This document shows positions 61,027 to 64,000 of a stretch of DNA of 64,000 bases, in pieces. The notes below the pieces were generated by a model. The model did no database searches. It was given only the letters and a program-made list of their open reading frames with translations, and had not been told where the DNA came from. The stretch's first letter is position 1. Every line of letters begins with the position of its first letter. Made by a program: the position numbers and the translations under genes. The DNA is from Candidatus Woesearchaeota archaeon (lineage in GTDB: Archaea > Nanobdellota > Nanobdellia > Woesearchaeales > GW2011-AR15), in the NCBI GenBank assembly GCA_014729915.1, contig WJJD01000058.1, forward strand, positions 18,293 to 82,292. The letters run 5' to 3'.

Positions 61027-61221
61027 ATGCCGTATGGCAATAAAAAAGAGCTTCCGGCCAGTGTAAAAGAGAACCTGCCGGAACATGCTCAGGAAATTTA
61101 CAAAGAGGCTTTCAACAGCGCCTGGGACCAATATGAGGATCCTGAGGAAAGGAGGGGAGATTCTTCAAGAGAAGAGGCTGCGCATAAGGTAGCATGGGGC
61201 GCAGTGAAGAATGAATATTAA
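61027..61221 (+). CDS. ChaB-family protein (cation transport regulator-like). I start it at 61027 rather than the track's 60949.
   Basis: 'MPYGNKKELPASVKENLPEHAQEIYKEAFNSAWDQYE ... EEAAHKVAWGAVKNEY' matches the ChaB pattern 'LP..v+..LP..AQ.Iy..AFN.A ... e.aAh.vAW.AVK'. The Shine-Dalgarno sequence AAGGAGGTG lies 7 nt upstream of the 61027 ATG. Confidence 0.6.
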   Translation: MPYGNKKELPASVKENLPEHAQEIYKEAFNSAWDQYEDPEERRGDSSREEAAHKVAWGAVKNEY

Positions 61222-61472
61222 AAAGAAGACGGGGAATGGGTAAAGAAGTAGGTTCAGTTTCAGGGTTTTTCTCTTGTCAGGAATCATTAATTTTTATATT
61301 TTTGTTTAGTATATGTAACGCGATAATTTATAGGATGAAATTCATGAGGAAAACCAATCACTATTCTCATTCTAACCAAGTTAATGAGTTACTGTAAAAA
61401 GTTTTTACCTTTTAATTATAACAAACCTTTATATAACATGAAGTTAATAAATTCTCTTGAAGAGGTGCAGTT

Positions 61473-63944
61473 ATGAAAAAACTTAAGCAAATTAATAAAA
61501 AATCACAATCAAGAGAAGATCATTTAAAAGAACTAAAAAGATCAAAGCCTTTCATTTTGTGGTTTGACCAGCTGGGAATTGAAGATGTTCCTGCTGTCGG
61601 CGGAAAAAACGCATCACTTGGAGAGATGTACAGAAATTTAACACCAAGAGGTGTCAGGATACCAAACGGTTTTGCAGTAACAGCATATGCTTATTTTTAC
61701 CTTATTGAAAAAGCAGGAATTAAGGAACAGATAAAGCAGATCCTTCATGATCTTGACACGGGCAATATGAAAAATCTTTCTGAAAGGGGTCATAAAGTTA
61801 GAAAATTAATAAGGGAGACACAGATCCCTCCTGAATTAAGAAATCAGATTATAACACAATACAATAATCTATGCAATGCTTACAATGCAGAGAATGTTGA
61901 TGTTGCTGTTCGAAGTTCAGCCACAGCTGAAGATCTTCCTGATGCAAGCTTTGCAGGCCAGCAGGAGACCTATCTTAATATAAGAGGCCATGAACAGCTT
62001 ATTGATGCCTGCAAAAAATGTTTTGCTTCCTTATTTACTAACCGTGCAATATCATACAGGGAAGACAAAGGATTTGACCATTTTTCAATCGGGCTGAGCA
62101 TCGGAGTCCAGAAGATGGTGAGAAGCGACAAGGGAAGCTCCGGGGTAATGTTTTCTATTGATACGGAATCAGGTTTCAGGAATGCCGCATTTATTACAGC
62201 AGCATACGGCCTTGGAGAAAATGTAGTCCAGGGAGCAGTCAACCCTGATGAATATTATGTTTTTAAGCCAACCTTAAAACAGGGATACAGCCCGATTCTA
62301 AGCAAAAAACTCGGAAGCAAAGAAAAAAAGATGATCTATTGCAGTGAAGGAAACAAAGTTACAAAAAATGTGCCTGTTGAAATAACACACAGGAAACAGT
62401 TTGCATTAAATGATGATGAGATACTGGAACTGGCAAGCTGGGCATCAATTATTGAGGATCATTACAGTTCAAAAGCAGGGCATTATAAGCCAATGGACAT
62501 GGAATGGGCAAAAGACGGTATAACAGGAGATCTTTTTATTGTCCAGGCAAGGCCTGAAACAGTACACTCACAGGATGATAAGACAGTGCTTAAGAAATAC
62601 CATATGAAAGAAAAGGGCGAAGTTCTTATTTCCGGAAATTCAGTGGGTGAAAAAATCGGCCAGGGAAAAGCCCATATAATAAAAGATGTTCATCAGATTG
62701 ATCAGTTCAAGAAAGGAGAAGTCCTGATTACAGAGATGACTGATCCTGACTGGGAGCCTATCATGAAGATAGCCTCAGCTATTGTTACAAACAGGGGAGG
62801 AAGGACATGCCATGCTGCAATCATCTCAAGGGAATTAGGGATACCCTGCATTGTCGGCACAATCAAAGGAACAGAAGAGATCCCAAATAAAGAAGATATA
62901 ACAGTTGACTGCTCTCAGGGAAGCAAAGGATATATCTACAATGGAAAGCTTGATTATGAAGTTGAAAAGCATGATTTAAAGAACCTTAAAAAGCCAAAGA
63001 CAAAAATCATGATGAACCTTGGAAATCCTGACCAGGCATTTGAGCTCAGCTTTTTGCCTGTTGAGGGAGTTGGTCTTGCAAGAGAAGAATTCATAATTAA
63101 TTCTTATATTAAGATTCATCCCCTGGCTTTATTGAAGTTTGACAATGTAAAGGATAAGAAAGCAAGGAAAAAAATAAATGAGCTCACCTATGCATACGAT
63201 AATAAGGCGGATTATTACATAGACAAGCTAGCACAGGGAGTTGCGACAATTGCAGCAGCATTTTATCCTAAAGATGTGATTGTAAGGCTTAGTGATTTTA
63301 AGAGCAATGAGTATGCAAACCTTATCGGAGGAAAAAGCTTTGAGCCGGATGAAGACAATCCCATGATAGGATGGAGAGGAGCATCAAGATATTATTCAGA
63401 AAAATACAGGGAAGCCTTTTCTTTGGAATGCAGAGCGTTGAAAAAAGTAAGGGATGAGATGGGGCTTACCAATGTGATCCTGATGGTTCCGTTCTGCAGG
63501 ACAATAAAAGAGGGGGAGAATGTATTGAGGATTATGGGAGAGAACGGACTAAAGAGAGGAGTAAACGGCCTTAAGGTATATGCGATGTGCGAGATCCCGT
63601 CTAATGTTATTCTTGCAGAAGAGTTCCTGGATATCTTTGACGGCTTTTCCATTGGGACAAATGACCTTACCCAGCTCACACTCGGTCTGGACAGGGATTC
63701 AGAGCTTGTCGCAAGTGTCTATGATGAAAGAAACGATGCGGTAAAGAATCTGGTCAAAAAAGTTATTGATGTCGCAAACAGCAAAGGCAAGTATATAGGA
63801 ATCTGCGGACAGGCACCTTCTGATTATCCGGAATTTGCCACATTTTTGGTTGAGTGCGGAATACATTCCATGTCATTGAATCCGGATACAGTGATTAAGA
63901 CCATAGTTCTTGTGAATGAAAAGGAAAAAGAAATAGGAAAGTAA
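61473..63944 (+). CDS. ppsA: Phosphoenolpyruvate synthase (pyruvate, water dikinase)
   Basis: 823 aa. N-terminal ATP-grasp region 'FILWFDQLGIEDVPAVGGKNASLGEMY'. Phosphohistidine domain 'TNRGGRTCHAAIISRELGIPCIVGT'. C-terminal PEP-utilizer domain 'GFSIGTNDLTQLTLGLDRDS'. The RBS GAGGTG is upstream. Confidence 0.92.
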   Translation: MKKLKQINKKSQSREDHLKELKRSKPFILWFDQLGIEDVPAVGGKNASLGEMYRNLTPRGVRIPNGFAVTAYAYFYLIEKAGIKEQIKQILHDLDTGNMKNLSERGHKVRKLIRETQIPPELRNQIITQYNNLCNAYNAENVDVAVRSSATAEDLPDASFAGQQETYLNIRGHEQLIDACKKCFASLFTNRAISYREDKGFDHFSIGLSIGVQKMVRSDKGSSGVMFSIDTESGFRNAAFITAAYGLGENVVQGAVNPDEYYVFKPTLKQGYSPILSKKLGSKEKKMIYCSEGNKVTKNVPVEITHRKQFALNDDEILELASWASIIEDHYSSKAGHYKPMDMEWAKDGITGDLFIVQARPETVHSQDDKTVLKKYHMKEKGEVLISGNSVGEKIGQGKAHIIKDVHQIDQFKKGEVLITEMTDPDWEPIMKIASAIVTNRGGRTCHAAIISRELGIPCIVGTIKGTEEIPNKEDITVDCSQGSKGYIYNGKLDYEVEKHDLKNLKKPKTKIMMNLGNPDQAFELSFLPVEGVGLAREEFIINSYIKIHPLALLKFDNVKDKKARKKINELTYAYDNKADYYIDKLAQGVATIAAAFYPKDVIVRLSDFKSNEYANLIGGKSFEPDEDNPMIGWRGASRYYSEKYREAFSLECRALKKVRDEMGLTNVILMVPFCRTIKEGENVLRIMGENGLKRGVNGLKVYAMCEIPSNVILAEEFLDIFDGFSIGTNDLTQLTLGLDRDSELVASVYDERNDAVKNLVKKVIDVANSKGKYIGICGQAPSDYPEFATFLVECGIHSMSLNPDTVIKTIVLVNEKEKEIGK

Positions 63945-63977
63945 ATTCAGACTAATTTACTCAGCTCCCTGGGGCGG

Positions 63978-64000
63978 TTAGGTATTTTATTTTATTTTTT
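63978..64000 (+). terminator. Oligo-T tract downstream of ppsA, a candidate archaeal intrinsic terminator
   Basis: 'ttaggtattttattttatttttt' begins about 30 nt after the ppsA stop. Confidence 0.25.

Noticed and set aside
1-64000. tRNA, rRNA or other structured RNA genes
   Set aside because: No tRNA-like T-arm or anticodon-arm signatures, and no rRNA-like stretches, were seen in the intergenic regions. The only unusual non-coding tract (37411..37517) is G-depleted and cannot fold into G-C paired structure.

Overview
This is an AT-rich (~33% GC) window that looks archaeal, most plausibly from a small-genome DPANN-like archaeon, and most of it is a cell-surface/adhesion island. Evidence for an archaeal origin is in-sequence only: a Sec11-type signal peptidase I with His in box D, a class III (type IV pilin-like) signal peptide, TATA-like boxes about 25-30 nt upstream of several start codons, and oligo-T gene ends.

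The first 24.2 kb is a single ORF whose frame is open back to the window start. It encodes a secreted giant protein of more than 8,049 aa that is very rich in N-x-S/T sequons. It is built from recurring modules: 8 copies of a 'WWN-SW-YRK-INIT ... DLRF' motif that I take to be DUF2341-like, LamG/ConA-like lectin domains, about 30 tandem Ig-like repeats, and a C-terminal CARDB domain followed by a ~180-aa tail ending ...YTELK.

Downstream is a dense set of secreted and membrane proteins that share modules with the giant protein and with each other:
- A 1,050-aa secreted protein with the same CARDB + C-terminal tail (...YVEIK).
- Three ~250-aa secreted paralogs (called P1 here) ending YYFY[IV][DE]IE.
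- Two ~300-aa secreted paralogs (called P2 here) ending GK[IL]LFTA; the same module is fused at the C-terminus of a 1,127-aa protein, which also carries two near-identical internal ~0.56-kb duplications.
- Two single-pass membrane proteins carrying tandem Cys-rich 'IKNQxEExIDCGGPC' repeats.
- Four proteins (three membrane-anchored, one soluble) sharing a ~70-aa C-terminal cytoplasmic domain of the form 'F-HVNE-KNDFS-W ... LAEKI ... KKEMI-IL', which I do not recognise.

Also present:
- A pilin-like protein with thrombospondin-type-3 Ca-binding repeats, sitting next to the signal peptidase I.
- An archaeal pilin-like gene.
- A degenerate IS200/IS605-like element with hairpins.
- An amidoligase trio: GshB-like ATP-grasp, EgtC/YafJ-like class II amidotransferase and YbdK/GCS2-like ligase.
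- Three small stress-type genes (YflT-like, DUF1328, ChaB-like).
- A complete phosphoenolpyruvate synthase.

No rRNA, tRNA or CRISPR array was recognised. All family assignments rest on motifs read from the translations. No database search was run.
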